Source: Balanoglossus misakiensis
Taxonomy: Eukaryota; Animalia; Hemichordata
Direction: 5' to 3'
DNA length: 64,000 nt
NCBI GenBank assembly: GCA_040954595.2
Contig: CM082598.2
Location: forward strand, 62,001 to 126,000
Below the pieces are notes generated by a model, which was given only the letters and a program-made list of their open reading frames with translations, searched no databases and was not told the origin of the DNA. Within the stretch, counting starts at the first letter, position 1. Each line of letters starts with the position of its first letter. Made by a program: the position numbers and the translations under genes. Of this stretch, positions 48,905 to 62,391 are shown in pieces.

Positions 48905-51900
48905 TTAATTCTGGAAACCGAACTCCTTGGCATCATCTTCGGTGAAGTCTCCGTAACGCCAAAGGTTTAACTGCAAGACATAAAGGAGGTAAGGGTCTAT
49001 GTTAGTGGGTTCACTGCTGACTTTGGCAAGAGTGAGTCCAATAAATTTCTGTAAGTTAAATGTTTATTATACTCACCACTAAGTGTGTTTTTCCTGCCAT
49101 TATCCTAATCTACAGTTTCTTCCTTTTCGTGCCTTTCTGCCAAAAGATAAATTCTCCACGACTCCCACGGGCAAAACTTTTCATGACAGTCAGGAGTTTT
49201 TGACTTCATTTCGGTGGAAAGGCCCTTTCAATTTGGTCTAACTGTACCACAAGCCAACATTTTCTTCTTCGATTTGTCACACAAAGCATGAGATATGTAG
49301 CAGTTGTCACTATAAAATTCATATCCTTTGTTTTGATATGGATATGTCAGTTTCATGACATCATTCTCGGTAACTGATGTTTCAGGAGATTGCAAGTGTG
49401 ATTCTCGGCCTTGATAATCCTTCAAATTCAGGACATAGCCAGTGGCAGATACTGCTACGTTGAACACTTTGATCCCCCATTTCGTGAGTTTGTTTTTGAT
49501 GTAGTGTTTAATTCCCAACCTGCCTTTGTACTTGATCATGTTTTCATCTAAAGCTACTTGTCTCTTAGGAGTATAAGCTTCTCTAAACTTACTGACAACT
49601 GCATTGAGTACAGGTTTTATCTTCTTTGTGTCTTTTCGTATGGATGAGTACCTGGCATTTTGATTTTGTTTCTGACAAATCTGGTGCATGTCAGACTCAA
49701 TATATCCTTAAAATTTGGACCCCCCCCCCCATAATTAATGAGTCAAAAGTTGCCTGTATATATATATGCCTTTGTGCACCTGCCAGCAACAAGGGGACTT
49801 TGATAGGCGGGGTGAGGTTTTTTTTTCCACATACTAACTCATCATAACTGGTGTTGCACATTTGCATCGTGCACACAGTAAACATCGTTTTGTCAAAAGT
49901 TACAGCTGCTGTCCCTTTAACCCTCCCACTCCACTTCCTCTTTAAAGATCGAACCTTATCATAGAAAAACAATGGGTTTGGACTGAACCATGGTGCTGAA
50001 AGGGTTAATCAATTACACTGCATATACAGTGATCTTGATTTGCACACTGATTTGTCAAGCCAATTTGAAACGAGCTGTACAGTGAGTTGTTGGTGGCTCA
50101 GTCACAGAAATGAATGTTGACATGATATATTTCTCACCCTTGCTTTACGTGCCACATCCTGGCTCTTCTTGTACTCGCTCACCAACGGCTGCAGGCGTTT
50201 CTCACGGCGATTTTCGGCCATCAGCAAACCGTCCGCAATCAGACCCTGTACAACATCGTCCTTATTGCTGGGGTTCAACAGCGAGACATATTCCAGTCCT
50301 CCAACGCGATATTCAACATTGATCAGATAGGTGTTGTTGAGCACTTCCTTTTTGAAGGCTTCTATGGCTTCCAATAGGGCCTCAGGCTGCAGAGGAAAAA
50401 AACAGTGTCAAGATGTGAAATTGGTAGCTGCTTCTCATTCATGTTAATACTTCCATGATCATCTTATGTGTTTATGCAATCATCACAATTTGAAGACATG
50501 CACTTACATCTTTAGGTATAGAAATGCAGGCCGGAGCATATCTATGAGCTTGAGATGGCAGAGAATGGTAAGAGGCTGGCAATGAGGCTGTATCTGTGAT
50601 GTCAACGTATTCGCTCTGAAACAGACAAAAATAACGCCAATAGTTATAAATTTAATCTTGGAAAGATTAATCAATGACTCGGTTAACAGCAATGTGGTGA
50701 GATTAACGGAAACGGTGGTCAGAGTATTTTTGTTGTTGAATGATAGGTCACTTTAATGACCCCTATCCTTGTACCTCTGGTGGTATGGGGTTGTCAAAAT
50801 TCACCATATGGTCAAGAAATGCCAAAATACAATCTAATGTGATACTGAATGACACCTGATGTCATGCCAAAAAATGCCAGGATGCAAGCTCACTCTGAGG
50901 TCATGATAGTGGCCTATTTTACAGGGCAGCTGGTAGGAACATGAGTGGGAACAAGGAGGAACTACTCACATTTCCATAATCGATATACAAGACATGCACT
51001 CTCTTGGCCTCCACTTTATTGATAGATGCCCTGTACCAGTTACCGTCGGAAAACTTGGCGGCACAGACCTCACCCTTCTTTGGAGTGTAGGAACCAGGCA
51101 GAGGTGGGTTGGAAGTGAATTCAGTGTGCAGCTGTTCCATAAGCTTTTCAAGTTGTGGACCTTCAGGGAGGGATAAAAATTCAATCTTTTAACTGTGGCA
51201 ATGAAAGGGTTACAAGCCCCACAGGCTACCACTTGTAACATATTTCTAACCATAAATCACTTTGAAGACACAAATGCAGTGTTTTTTTAAAGCTTCTTCT
51301 ACAGGTAGTGATTTACACCACTTTCATACGGGAATTGGTTCTTGCTCAAGTAGACTGTGCGCCCCAATGCAGGCCTGCACACAACACATCTATAAACTTA
51401 CCAGTCTCAGCATGCTGTGCATAGAAATTACATTCACTAAGTACTTCTGTGACCACCACAGACTTGTAATTCGTTTTGCGTTCAGTTTCTTCCACAACCA
51501 CCACATTTTGAGGCTCTTCGTAATTTTCCCATATCTGGTGAGAGCACAAAGGGAATTGTAGAAATCTGTTAATCTGTACAAAGCTGTGTTCACTCACTCA
51601 CTCACTCACTCACTCACTCACTCACTCGTGTAACACGTGCAAACATGCACACCACACCTCATGCCAATTTGACAACTTACTTTGATTTTATTGTTCTTGG
51701 CCTTGTCTTCTACTATATGCAGCTGAGCAGCATATGGACTTCTATCTGCAGTGAAATGCGTTTTGGATAATCCCTCCTCCACAAGAGCAACAGACAGATT
51801 GACACCCTCCACAAAGAGCCAACCAATAAAATTGCCAGCTTTGTCTATTGCTTCCACTTCTACTTCAACCTAAAATTAGCAACAACAAAAAATTGGTTAC

Positions 51901-54900
51901 CAATCGGATTTCAATCCAGACATCATTTTGGAAATGTTTTGTTTTGATTTTGTGCGAGAAATTACCAACAATATTCTGCATTCAGAATTATAGTTACTAC
52001 GGTCATTGCGAGCATATTAACCCTATCAACCAAATGGCACTTTTACCCCTTTCACCAACATGGTTTGCTCCAGATCCATTCTTTGCCCTGGCAAATTTGC
52101 ATCTCTATATAGGGAAATGGGGGTGGGATGAAAGGGTCAGCAGTTGAAGTAGATGAAACACCTTACCTCTCTCTGAAGACACAGTTCTTTTGTGTACTGC
52201 AGAGCTTCTTCAGAACAAGGTTCACTTTCACCCGGTCCACCAGGTCCAGTCCGTGCCATGCGTGGACAACTAATTCCTGTGTAAATAACACACAAACAGG
52301 TCAGAATTTGTTCTCTCTAACAAACATTCTTAAAGCTCCATTAGCTATAACTGTTTGCTTTTTTATACAAATGTTTATGTTTTTATACATATGTTTTTTT
52401 CCACTGCTGGAAAAAAAACCTATTGGACCATGATGTCTCAAAACTCAAATGGATTGGTGATGACTTTCTTGGACTGTTGACATGAATTTTCAAGCTCATT
52501 TCAAAAACAGGGCAGAGAAAGTATGTACACTAACCAGCTAGAAGGAATGTAATGAGACAGGTTTCCTTTGGGAGGTACAGACGCAGACGCGAGCCACTGG
52601 CGACAAATTCCACAATTCCAAGGCTGCGACCGGCACGTTGCAGAAATGGAAGAAACTGCTTAGCCTTCTGTGGCTCCTACAAACAAGCAGATATTTTTTT
52701 GAGAATAAACAGAGATTAATTTTATAACCGTATTTCTGTCTTGCTATTACAGAGACATTTGTCATATTGTCAAAATATAGCTTCAGTGCTCTTGAAAACG
52801 GTGTATGCAAAAGAGCTTTTTGAAACCAATATTTTTTTTGCTGTCTGCAGTTGTGAACGCCAAGAGAACACTGGAAACAAGATCACTTGGCTGCCTAATA
52901 AAACTGCAGTGGCTAAACTTCTAAAAACATTGTATAACCAATGTCTGAAGTATGAAGTTCTCTCAGACTCACTCTGAGCTTGTTCAAAAGAGACAAAATT
53001 GTATGCTTAACATTTGTGATAATAGCTACATTCTACATGCATTTTGAATTAATGCATTTCTGGAGGAAAAACAATTTTAAGGTATAAATAACCGTTGCAC
53101 ATTATCGCAAAAAAGGCATCTGTACAACTGAAGTGCTTGTATTAATTGTCGGTTAAATGTGAACACTCACCCCTGATAGATCAGCTACTCTATGAATTGA
53201 AGGTTCTTTCTTGCTGTGCAAGCCTTTGCCATTCTTCTGAGCTCTGCTCTCTGCAGCCAATAATTCGTCGTAGTGGGCCGAGCGTTGATCATCATCAGCC
53301 CGGTGACGTAGCACTGTGACAAATCCTTTACTAACGAGTGCTTCAGCAACGTTTCTGTTGAGAAAAAAGGTTTTGTGAAAAAGACATTAGTTGTGAATTG
53401 TGCCCGTTATTTCAGTATTTCTGTCCCGTGTATACACCTGTAGTTACTTTGTCTACTTCCTATGTACAGCATGATGAAATGGTGAGTATTCAAGTTGTCA
53501 ACATGTGAATGTGTAATGACCATTTTATTATCGACATGAATCTGAGTCACAATTCGAATTCTGCTATCAACAAGAACACTGCTGACTGTACATACATGAA
53601 CATGTACAGTCGAACCTGTGTATAGTGGCCAGGTCAAGGGACCTTCCTAAACCACTCTTTATAGACAGGTCTGGTCCATGTATGTTTGCAGGGGGGAGGG
53701 GTAACTTACATGTTTGAGATTGTCACTGTGGCACATGTCTTCTCTGGGTAGCCACTCTCTGCAGGTTTGATGTAATCCACACACACGTTGACCTTTTTGC
53801 CGATGAGCTTCTTACGCATGAACTCACGTGCTTCAAACATATAAGGGACGTCATACAAAGGACGAATACGTCGGTTTTCCTGGCAAAGCAATTTCAAACA
53901 TCATAGGGTTAAACAAATCATAAATTCAATTTCAGTCTAAAACGCTCAAAATGGGGTTCCAAGAGAGGCTTTTATAGTCAAGAAATTTAAAGCTCCATCA
54001 GCTGTATCTTTTCGCTATGTTTGAATTCAAGTTCAGATTAGAGTTCAGACGGCTTTTACACACATACAGGTTATGTTCACGAGGAGGGTACTGGGTATAT
54101 TAAGATGTTGTTTGGACTAGTTCCTGAAATCACTACCTCTGCATATGGCTGACAAACAAAGAATTATATTCAAGATACTTTCATTGGTCATTTCCTTACC
54201 TTGATAGCCGACTCATCCTCTTTTCCGGGCATGGACAGCCTCGGTGGCCGGATGCTGGACAGTGTTATCTTCCGGAATTCTCCACTGCTGGTTTTGATGA
54301 CCATGGCATCAGCGTTGACGATCTCCATAACCTGGGGGGATTAAAAAGGACAGGGTTTAATAAACCAACAGATACTCACAGCAGATCTATATCACAAATA
54401 TGTACCTATTGAAATGTTGATTGGGTAGTGTTTTGTTCAGGGTGATATATTCTTTTCACTAAAGCATTCATTGCAGTCTAGACCACTCATGGCTTTTTAT
54501 TTTCACCTTAAATAGGAAAAGCAGACACTGTTTTTTTTTTAACTGTGTTGATAAGAAAACTCGATGGTGAGTACATTCCTTCTGTGCAACTCAAACTGTT
54601 TTTATTCTACTGACCTTTCCAGTGTAGTTCTTGTCTTGAATTTCAATGGCTTGAGTTGATGGGGTGTAATTCTTCCATATACGTAGTTTCTTCTCCTTTG
54701 CGAATCTGTTGAAAGAAAGTCACCATCATATTAGTTACAGAAGGTATTGGCCAAGCACTGGAGAGTATAGCTTTGTTCCGAAAATAAACTCCATCAAACT
54801 GTCTATGTAATACTGTAAAACGGGAAATTTTCACAAACGATAAATTTTTTGTGAACTATGCGAGAGCCAAAAAAACATGTCACGTAAAAATGTTTTTCAG

Positions 54901-57900
54901 AGGAAGTCATCCCAGAAAGTCCTTTCTGGGGAGATTAGCATTTCCTTAGGGAGACAGCTGTACGCTATTACCCTGATGGTCAATCAATTTGCATAAACTT
55001 TCAACTCACTTCTCAGCACTACGTAGTTTTTCCGGACCCTGACTGACAAGAGGCATACTCCAATCTACACAGCGTGCAAATCCTTCACGTACCAACAACT
55101 CAGAGATGTTACCATTCTGGAGAGAGAAAGAGAGAGAAAAAGAAGTTTGATTAACCAAAACTAAACTTTATTCACATTAACTTGACAAAGGCTCCCAACA
55201 CGTTTGCATAATGTCACAATCAACTTACGGGATGAAGTACGCTGCCAATGAAGTTTTGATTGGACACGCCCTCTAGGATGACTTTGACATCGCGTTGAAG
55301 GAGACGGCTTTCAGTGAAGAACTTGGCTTCCTCCGTATAGGGCTCTGGTGTTTGTTGATTATTTTCCAACTTAAACATTGGGCACTGAGGGATAAAAAAA
55401 ACAAGTGCATGTTTTTTCACTATGGTATTCGTATTCTATGGAAGAGGCGTTTTATCTACAGCAAGCAGTGCAGAAAATATTAAATGATGTCAACTTTAAC
55501 TCGATTTGACTAAGTATTTACAAGATCTTAGAAAACGACAATAGTATTAGTAATGTGAGTTTTTCTGGCCTTTTTCAGTTTACTCCTCTGAGAACACGGA
55601 AATACAAGTCTTAAAGTACTTTTTCTGTCTTCAGTTGCAACAGGGGGTATTTCAACTCATTTTATTCGAGTCCTTACCTTGATCCCTGATAACATAACCA
55701 TGACTTGGTGGTATGATGGGACAAGCAACACTTTCATGGTACAGCCATCCCGGACAAACTCAACAACAGCTGTTGAAAAAAAATATTCATAAATCACTTG
55801 TTTGATACTTTAATGAAAAAGTTCAAGTTGTCAAGGTATCATTTCACAGAGGCATCATTCGCGATATCTTTTCATACTTTTTTTTTACATCATTGTAAAG
55901 TTGTGTCATGTTTTGCAACAATAACACAAGAAATGAAGAAATGTTTTGTAAATAATTTTATTGTTTAAATAAAAAATATATTAAAAGTATACAACAATCC
56001 TTAATTTACATATGCCCATATACATGTATCATTGTGTATTTCTGTGACTGAGGGGGGTAGACTATCACCTTTAATTTACATTATGCCTATATATGGTTAA
56101 AAGGGACGTACCATTAATTGGTTCTTGGTGATGGGAGTCAACGAAGTTCCTTGGGTTTTCAACCGTCCATTTGATGTCTCGGACCAGATGCTTCCCTTCT
56201 TTGGCCCACCGACCTTTTCCAGCAGACTTTGCAGCTTCCTCCAAGTCGATTAGACGCTGCTGTTGCTCACTGAAATAAATAAGTCATTGTCAATGACACA
56301 GTTCCTGAGTTAATTCCGACGATCGTCTTATGCACATGTGCATAATTTCATGTGTACAAACATTACATCCAATCCAAATGTTTTGTAAATTTTGTGTTTG
56401 ACACATTCAAATAGTGGACTGCCTTCGCTACCTTCCATATTTCATGCACACCGTATAAGTAGACTTTAGTTTTGTCCCTTCTTTTCACCCACTTTGCTGT
56501 TATTTCCCAATTTCCGACACAATCCATGGTAGGGGCTATACAGATAACTCCCTTGTAGTCCATTCTGAAATTTGGGTAAATTTGGTGCACACTCACTCAT
56601 TAGCTTTCAATCCACCTCGTCTCACTTCAACTAAGCCTTCAGCAACAATGGATTCAGTTACATTTTCTCCACCAGGACCTGTAGAAGTAAAAAAAACAAG
56701 GAAATTCAATAATGCTTTATCTCAATGACATACAAAAAATTCCACAGTTATACCATCTTGACCTAATGATTAACCCTTCAATTTATGACTCTACTCTTTG
56801 TAGTTTTCTAAAGTCACACTTACTATCCAGAAAGACGCATCCATAGTCACGACCACTGCCAGGAGCTGTGTACTCGATGGTGAAGTACACTTCTTTACCG
56901 ACCAACTTCTTGCGAAGGAATTCCCGTGCTTCAAATGCCCATGGCTGCAAAACAAAACAAAATCACAGTTAAAGGTATACAATCACCCTTTATTTACATA
57001 GGCTCATATAGGGTTAAAACTGAGTACTTAAGTCTTTGAAAGACTTTAGTGGGGTACTTTTTATCAGGGGGCCAACCTGCAAAAATCTTCGATTGGCTAG
57101 ATCTATATTTCCATGGTAACTGTGGCTAAATTGACAAAGTGACCATGTACACTAACCCTTTCACCACTGACAGTAAAGATGTGATAACTTTTACACTTAC
57201 TTCATCCTTGGAGTCTGTTTGACCCTCAATGTTTGGGTTTGCGCGTCTTCCCAAGCGACTGGCAGTTATGTTTGATAGATTGAGTTGTTGTTCTGGTGGT
57301 GGGCCACCCTTTGGTGGACCTCTGACGATTATAGCATCACCTGATAGTACCTACAATCAAATATGACAAGAAAAGCGAATGAGATCATCAGAGATTCAAA
57401 ATATGGTTCAGAAGAACTACTGCGCCAAAAGACGAATCTTGGGCTAGAGCCTGACATGCCTTAGACTTGGACAAACTCAAACAGAATCACCAGTGTTTCT
57501 GCAATACATGTTATATTTTCATAATGCTTGTACAGTAAAACCTGTCTAGACCAAACTCTATCTAAAATAATTATGGCACAGAAAGTACAGCATGTACACA
57601 GCTTGTAACAATCTGTAGCAGGTTTATTTACATGGGCCAGACAACCCTCATTTTTAGGAACCACTTATCTACATCACAAGAGAGTTATAACAAATATTCA
57701 TCAGAACATCCCTAATAACCTGCATATGCAGTCCTGGAAAACTGGTATAATTGAAAAACATGTTTTTTGTCACATTTACAAAGCAATTCACACCTCAGAA
57801 ACAGATGGTGATCTGAATACCACCAATGCTTTCCTAAAAACAAAATATTCATCAAACACCAAACACAATCAACACAGAACCAGAACACAAGTTGACAACA

Positions 57901-58743
57901 TATGGATAAAACAAAAAGCACCATAAATGAATAGGGAGAGATAGACCACATCCCTATAAAGCACCATAGTCAACACAAAAGCCATAATAATAAGCGACAT
58001 TAGGTGCGGAGCCTCTTTCCCCTTCAAATATCTGGAGTCGAAATAAAAGTGGCTATATACATGTAGTGCAAGTCGAATCACCTTGCCTAAAGGCACTGGA
58101 CTAAGAGCATGGTACTATGTTCACACATGGAGGTACTTCTCTTGGTACCTCCATGGTTCACATGACCACGTCATACACATGTGTTTTATCATGTTCATGT
58201 TATTTTTCATCACACACAGTAGCACCCCCCCGAACACACACACACACACACACGGTCACACACACACTAACACGTTTATAGAGCAGAAACGTACATGTAT
58301 TAAAAAGCACGATCTTGTGGTGTCCATTCATTCTCAATAAAACTACACCACGAGGTCTTCATGACTCCAAACTACACAACTTCACATCTGCACAAACTGA
58401 TCAAACTTAAACGTTACAATAATTACACTATATATTTCCACAACAAATGTTACAAACATATTATACTAAAACATCCACACCTCACTGACTGGCCTTCCTT
58501 AGCAGACTACAGGAACACGCTCTCTCACAGAATAAGTTTTAAAAACTTCCATATGGCGTGAAACACAATGAAAAATACTTCTCACCCAGCCACAAGACAC
58601 ACCGTCAGGGATTAGAAATGCCAATCTTGTCTTAATATTTACTGTGTTTCAGAATTTTAACAGTGACCGAGATATATTTTGTATTTTCTTACCTGTTTGA
58701 CGATGCCACGTCGAAGCACGGGTTGACCTCCTGGAGTAGCCAT
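48905..58743 (-). CDS. SND1: Staphylococcal nuclease and Tudor domain protein 1 (Tudor-SN/p100), ~893 aa, 20 exons: 58693-58743, 57201-57350, 56824-56944, 56597-56678, 56112-56269, 55678-55769, 55229-55384, 55010-55116, 54615-54705, 54200-54331, 53710-53879, 53171-53354, 52535-52676, 52167-52276, 51681-51869, 51402-51534, 50970-51160, 50508-50615, 50138-50386, 48905-48970
   Basis: [65 protein letters not shown], Tudor [13 protein letters not shown]...VLYIDYGN, and C-terminal [18 protein letters not shown]. All phases are compatible. Confidence 0.97.
49080..49690 (-). pseudogene. Degenerate piggyBac (PGBD4-like) transposase fragment in the last SND1 intron
   Basis: [38 protein letters not shown]...TGYVLN...YSDNCY...[11 protein letters not shown]. 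In-frame stop and truncation. Confidence 0.85.
51591..51627. repeat. (CACT)n microsatellite
   Basis: Direct reading. Confidence 0.95.
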
Positions 58744-58973
58744 CTTGAAGAGACCTGATAAACGCAATGTATGCCGGGAAATGACCTCGGTCCATAATCA
58801 ATTAACACAACATTACAAAATGCAAATCGTTGGCCAATGGCATGGAAACATTAGCCACGCGTTTAATATTAATTTATTACTTTTTTATTATTAAAATGCT
58901 TATAAACTTCAAATGAAAGACCAACATTGATCTCTAAAATGTAAAGTTGAAAGGTCAGAGGGCAAATTCCAAG
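58744..58973. promoter_or_regulatory. Bidirectional promoter between SND1 (-) and the TMEM216-family gene (+)
   Basis: The start codons are 230 bp apart, head-to-head. CCAAT at ~58835, YY1-like AAGATGGCGG at 58971. Confidence 0.7.
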
Positions 58974-61900
58974 ATGGCGGTACAAGCAAACAGAGGTAAC
59001 GGAAGCTCGCACTTCATAATTTTAATGAAAACTGTGCTGCAGCACGATATTTTATTCACCAGTAGTGACACATTAACAGCTTATGGCAATATCGACTTGT
59101 CCGTCCGTTTTCATAGCGTTGATGTGTCTACTAACGACAATGTTAGAACGTATCGTTATTGTTTACAAGAAACCGTCCGCGTCCCTACCAACAACATTCA
59201 CATTTCAAAGTCACATTTCACATTGCTCCGATCAGCCGTATAGGGACTGGAGTCATTGGGTCAACAATGTTTAAAGCACTGCACGCATGTATGCATGAAG
59301 CCCAGGCCCGGGTACTGTGCGGTCCCACTCCCAGCAAGGCCTAGACCAAAACTGCGAGGTTCACACCACTGGGGAAAGTTCCAACTTATGGTGGATACAG
59401 GATAGTTAGGGAGGCCAAAGCAATAAATGCAAAACATGACAATTTGCAATATTTACTGCCCCACATTTTAAATATTATCATTTATCTTGATACTGATTGG
59501 GCTGGTCATGGATATTTCAAAAATATAACCAAACTGAACTTATTATACTATTATTTTACAGGTAAAACTCAAGAAGTTGTATCCTTTTGAATGAAATGAT
59601 TAACATTTGCACCCTGACTATTTTATGACCTATAATGACTCGAGGTCATTTGGTAGTTTGCTTCTGAGTGTGGATCAAAAGTTTAACAATCTTACAGGTT
59701 CTTTACAAAGCTTTAATCCTACTAGTGACATCTGTTACTGATTGAATCTGTGTATTTTAGCATGATGTTCGCAGTAGAGCAAGAAATTGCATTTGATACA
59801 CAGACCAAAAATACTGAAACTTAAGCCAAAATTTGCAGCTAATGCCCCTTTAATTAGTAAATATTCTAACATGAACTTGATAGAATTTACTAATAGGTGA
59901 TGTTAAACACCTTAACCATTGGATCAGCTGTCATCTCTACCTCTACAAATACTCTTTTATTTAAATGGTTGGTATTATGTTGCATTCTGGGTATGTGAAG
60001 CACTCATATTCATTTATAAAGGTAAGCTGTTATGGTGATGAATGTGCATATGTTTGTGTGTGTGATGTGACCTCCCAGTCAAATTTGTGCCTTCAGCACA
60101 GCGGTACTCAAGTTAGATGTAAATATACCTATTTCATTAAGAGGGCGCTCTTCCAAGACGGTGCAAAAATGTATTGTCGCTTTAGTTGAGGCTGACGTCT
60201 GACAGCCACATTTAAATTTTTACTGTAAGGCAAGTTTTACATATAACTTGTATCACTGCATGTACATGTGAATATATGTGTTATATATTATAATATTGTG
60301 CTGCTATGTTTGACTTGATTGTCATACATCCTCAAGCACAGCAGAAGTGCACTGCATCAAACAGTACAAATATATTTCCAACTGTGCGATATCCTGTTTG
60401 TCTGTGTGTTTCGTTTTGTATTACTCATCACATATCACTACCAGTGTTTCGATTTTTGCTAATATTAGTAATAATCAATGTTTCTGTTCACTCTTGTTAA
60501 ATATACATGTACATGTACAGTGGGTCATTTCATACTGCCATTTCATGACTGGCCACTATAGACAGGTTTGACTGTACATGTCTGTGTTATGTCTTTTCTG
60601 TGTTTCTGTGTTTGTTTCTATGTTTTTATCACTCTCATCCAACTTGTACTGTCTAGGTGAAACATTTCCATATCCATATTCCAACATTGTTGGTGAGGTC
60701 TGTCTCTTGTTCCTTGTCATTCCGCTCGAAGCCATGCGACTACTTCTTGGTAAGTAATCCACTTCCGTCTAAACAAACAGATATACCTCATCACGAATTT
60801 TCTTTTCTCTCCTCGCCTAATCACTGCCGCCAATCACAGGGAACATTTTGCCCTACCCGTCAGCTAACATAATTACCGAGTGGATTCTGCTATTTCTAAT
60901 GGCTGCTTTAGAAGCGATTAGGCTGTTCTTGGGTAAGTTGCACCACTTCACAGCAGGTTTGCATATTAACTTCCACAACTAATAAATGCTTCAATTGACA
61001 GTGCCTGTATGCTTTTGTATGCAAACTTTGCCACCTTGACTAGGTTATAGCCAATAGCAGATTTTCATGGGATGGCTGCACAAAAAAATAGAAATATGTG
61101 ATTTAGAAAGGTTTCCCTTGGAACTCTTTCTTTCAGATAATTGTCTCCATCTCATTGTGCTGATATCTCAGAACAAAACCATTTTTTCCCAAATCTACTT
61201 CACAAATGTATGAACTGATCAGACAAGCCAATCGTGCACTAGTCGCACCGCACCCATTCCAAGTTTTTAGCACCACAGTAGGATAAAAAAAAACAGGGGT
61301 ATAGAGGTTGGAAATGTCAGAGCCTAGTATCAGCCAAATTTTCCTCAATCTTTGCAACATACAACTAACAGCTGCACTGCAACTTAAAACTAAGACTCCA
61401 TAACCTGTAACATTTTGCTGTTTTCATTTTTTGTGTGTGTGTATCTACTGCAGTTTCTTGTTCAAATCAGTGAAGCATAATGGAGGACGTGCATTTTCTT
61501 ATGCTGCTCTAAAGCTCTAGAACCCACTGCCTAATGACATTCGACTAGCACCCAAAACTGAAGACATATTTGTTTGAAAAACCCTACAGTGTGTTAACAG
61601 CCATTGGGCAGCACTGAACAGAACTTCTGGATTTTGGCGCCATATAAATTTGTTGATTGATTGATTGATTAAAATAGATCATATAAACCAAATCACACAC
61701 TCCTACACACACACACACACACCCATGGCATGCACATACATAGATACATACACCCCAAACCACACATATACCAAATCAAATATTTCTACACCACTGCATC
61801 ACTGATATCATATTTTTTTTCATCTCACAGGAAAGAAAGGCAATTTGACAGAGAGAACCATATCACTGCTACTGTCTGTAGTCCTCAGCATAGCCATGAT

Positions 61901-62391
61901 ATTCTGTCACATCTACCTACTGATTTGGCAAACCTATGTCCTCAGAGCAGAAATCATTCTGAACGCCATACAGCTCACCTTCCTTGGGCTAGAGTTGGTA
62001 TTTTCCATCATCGCAATCATCACCTTTGCCAGGTACAGTTGACAGCTCTTGTTAAAGCTCCGTCAGCTATAAAATCTACTTGTAATTTACAGGATTCGAA
62101 CCCAGACCTACCGCACCAAAAATCACGTAGCAAGCAAGTCCGTGCACAAAACCACTGTGCCAAAACGCCTGCAAAATCCACTGGAAAAATCCCTGGGGTT
62201 TTGAATGACTTTGAGCGTGTGAACCCTGAACTAAGAAATTACTTTCACTACAATTTTGTCTCAAAGGCTGCCACTTTACTTTGTTTAGTCTACCTAGGGA
62301 GTCTTGCATGTTATCTTTCATAGCTCAACACTGCATTAACTTAAAATATGTTTTTCTTTTCATATTTTACAGAGCTGATACATACAGTTGA
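58974..62391 (+). CDS. TMEM216: TMEM216/TMEM80-family ciliary transition-zone protein, ~148 aa. Exons 58974-58995, 59562-59578, 59928-60021, [60657-60749 OR 60840-60932], 61831-62032, 62373-62391
   Basis: LSSLPLQILFYLNGWY...LIFIYKG..LPYP...LEAIRLFLGKKGNLTER...WQTYVLRAE.ILN matches the TMEM216/80/17 family. Phases are compatible. Orthology to TMEM216 rather than TMEM80 is not tested. Confidence 0.9.
59579..59927 (+). other. U12-type (minor spliceosome) GT-AG intron
   Basis: 5' site GTATCCTTT, branch site ACCTTAAC at 59909-59916 close to the CAG, and no polypyrimidine tract. Confidence 0.85.
61478..61670 (+). mobile_element. 3' end of an L2/CR1-group LINE with a (GATT)n tail
   Basis: Degenerate GGRAFSYAALKL*NPLPNDIR...KLKTYLF, then GCGCCATATAAAT and TTGATTGATTGATTGATT. 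Confidence 0.75.
62088..62172 (-). other. tRNA-derived SINE head or tRNA pseudogene
   Basis: The minus strand has A-box TGGCACAGTGG and B-box GGTTCGAATCC about 50 nt apart. No convincing cloverleaf. Confidence 0.4.

Noticed and set aside
62088-62172. Functional tRNA gene
   Set aside because: A and B boxes are present, but I could not fold convincing acceptor or anticodon stems, so it is treated as SINE-like.
61730-62323. 197-aa plus-strand ORF
   Set aside because: Off-frame overlap with TMEM216-family exon 5 and intronic repeats.
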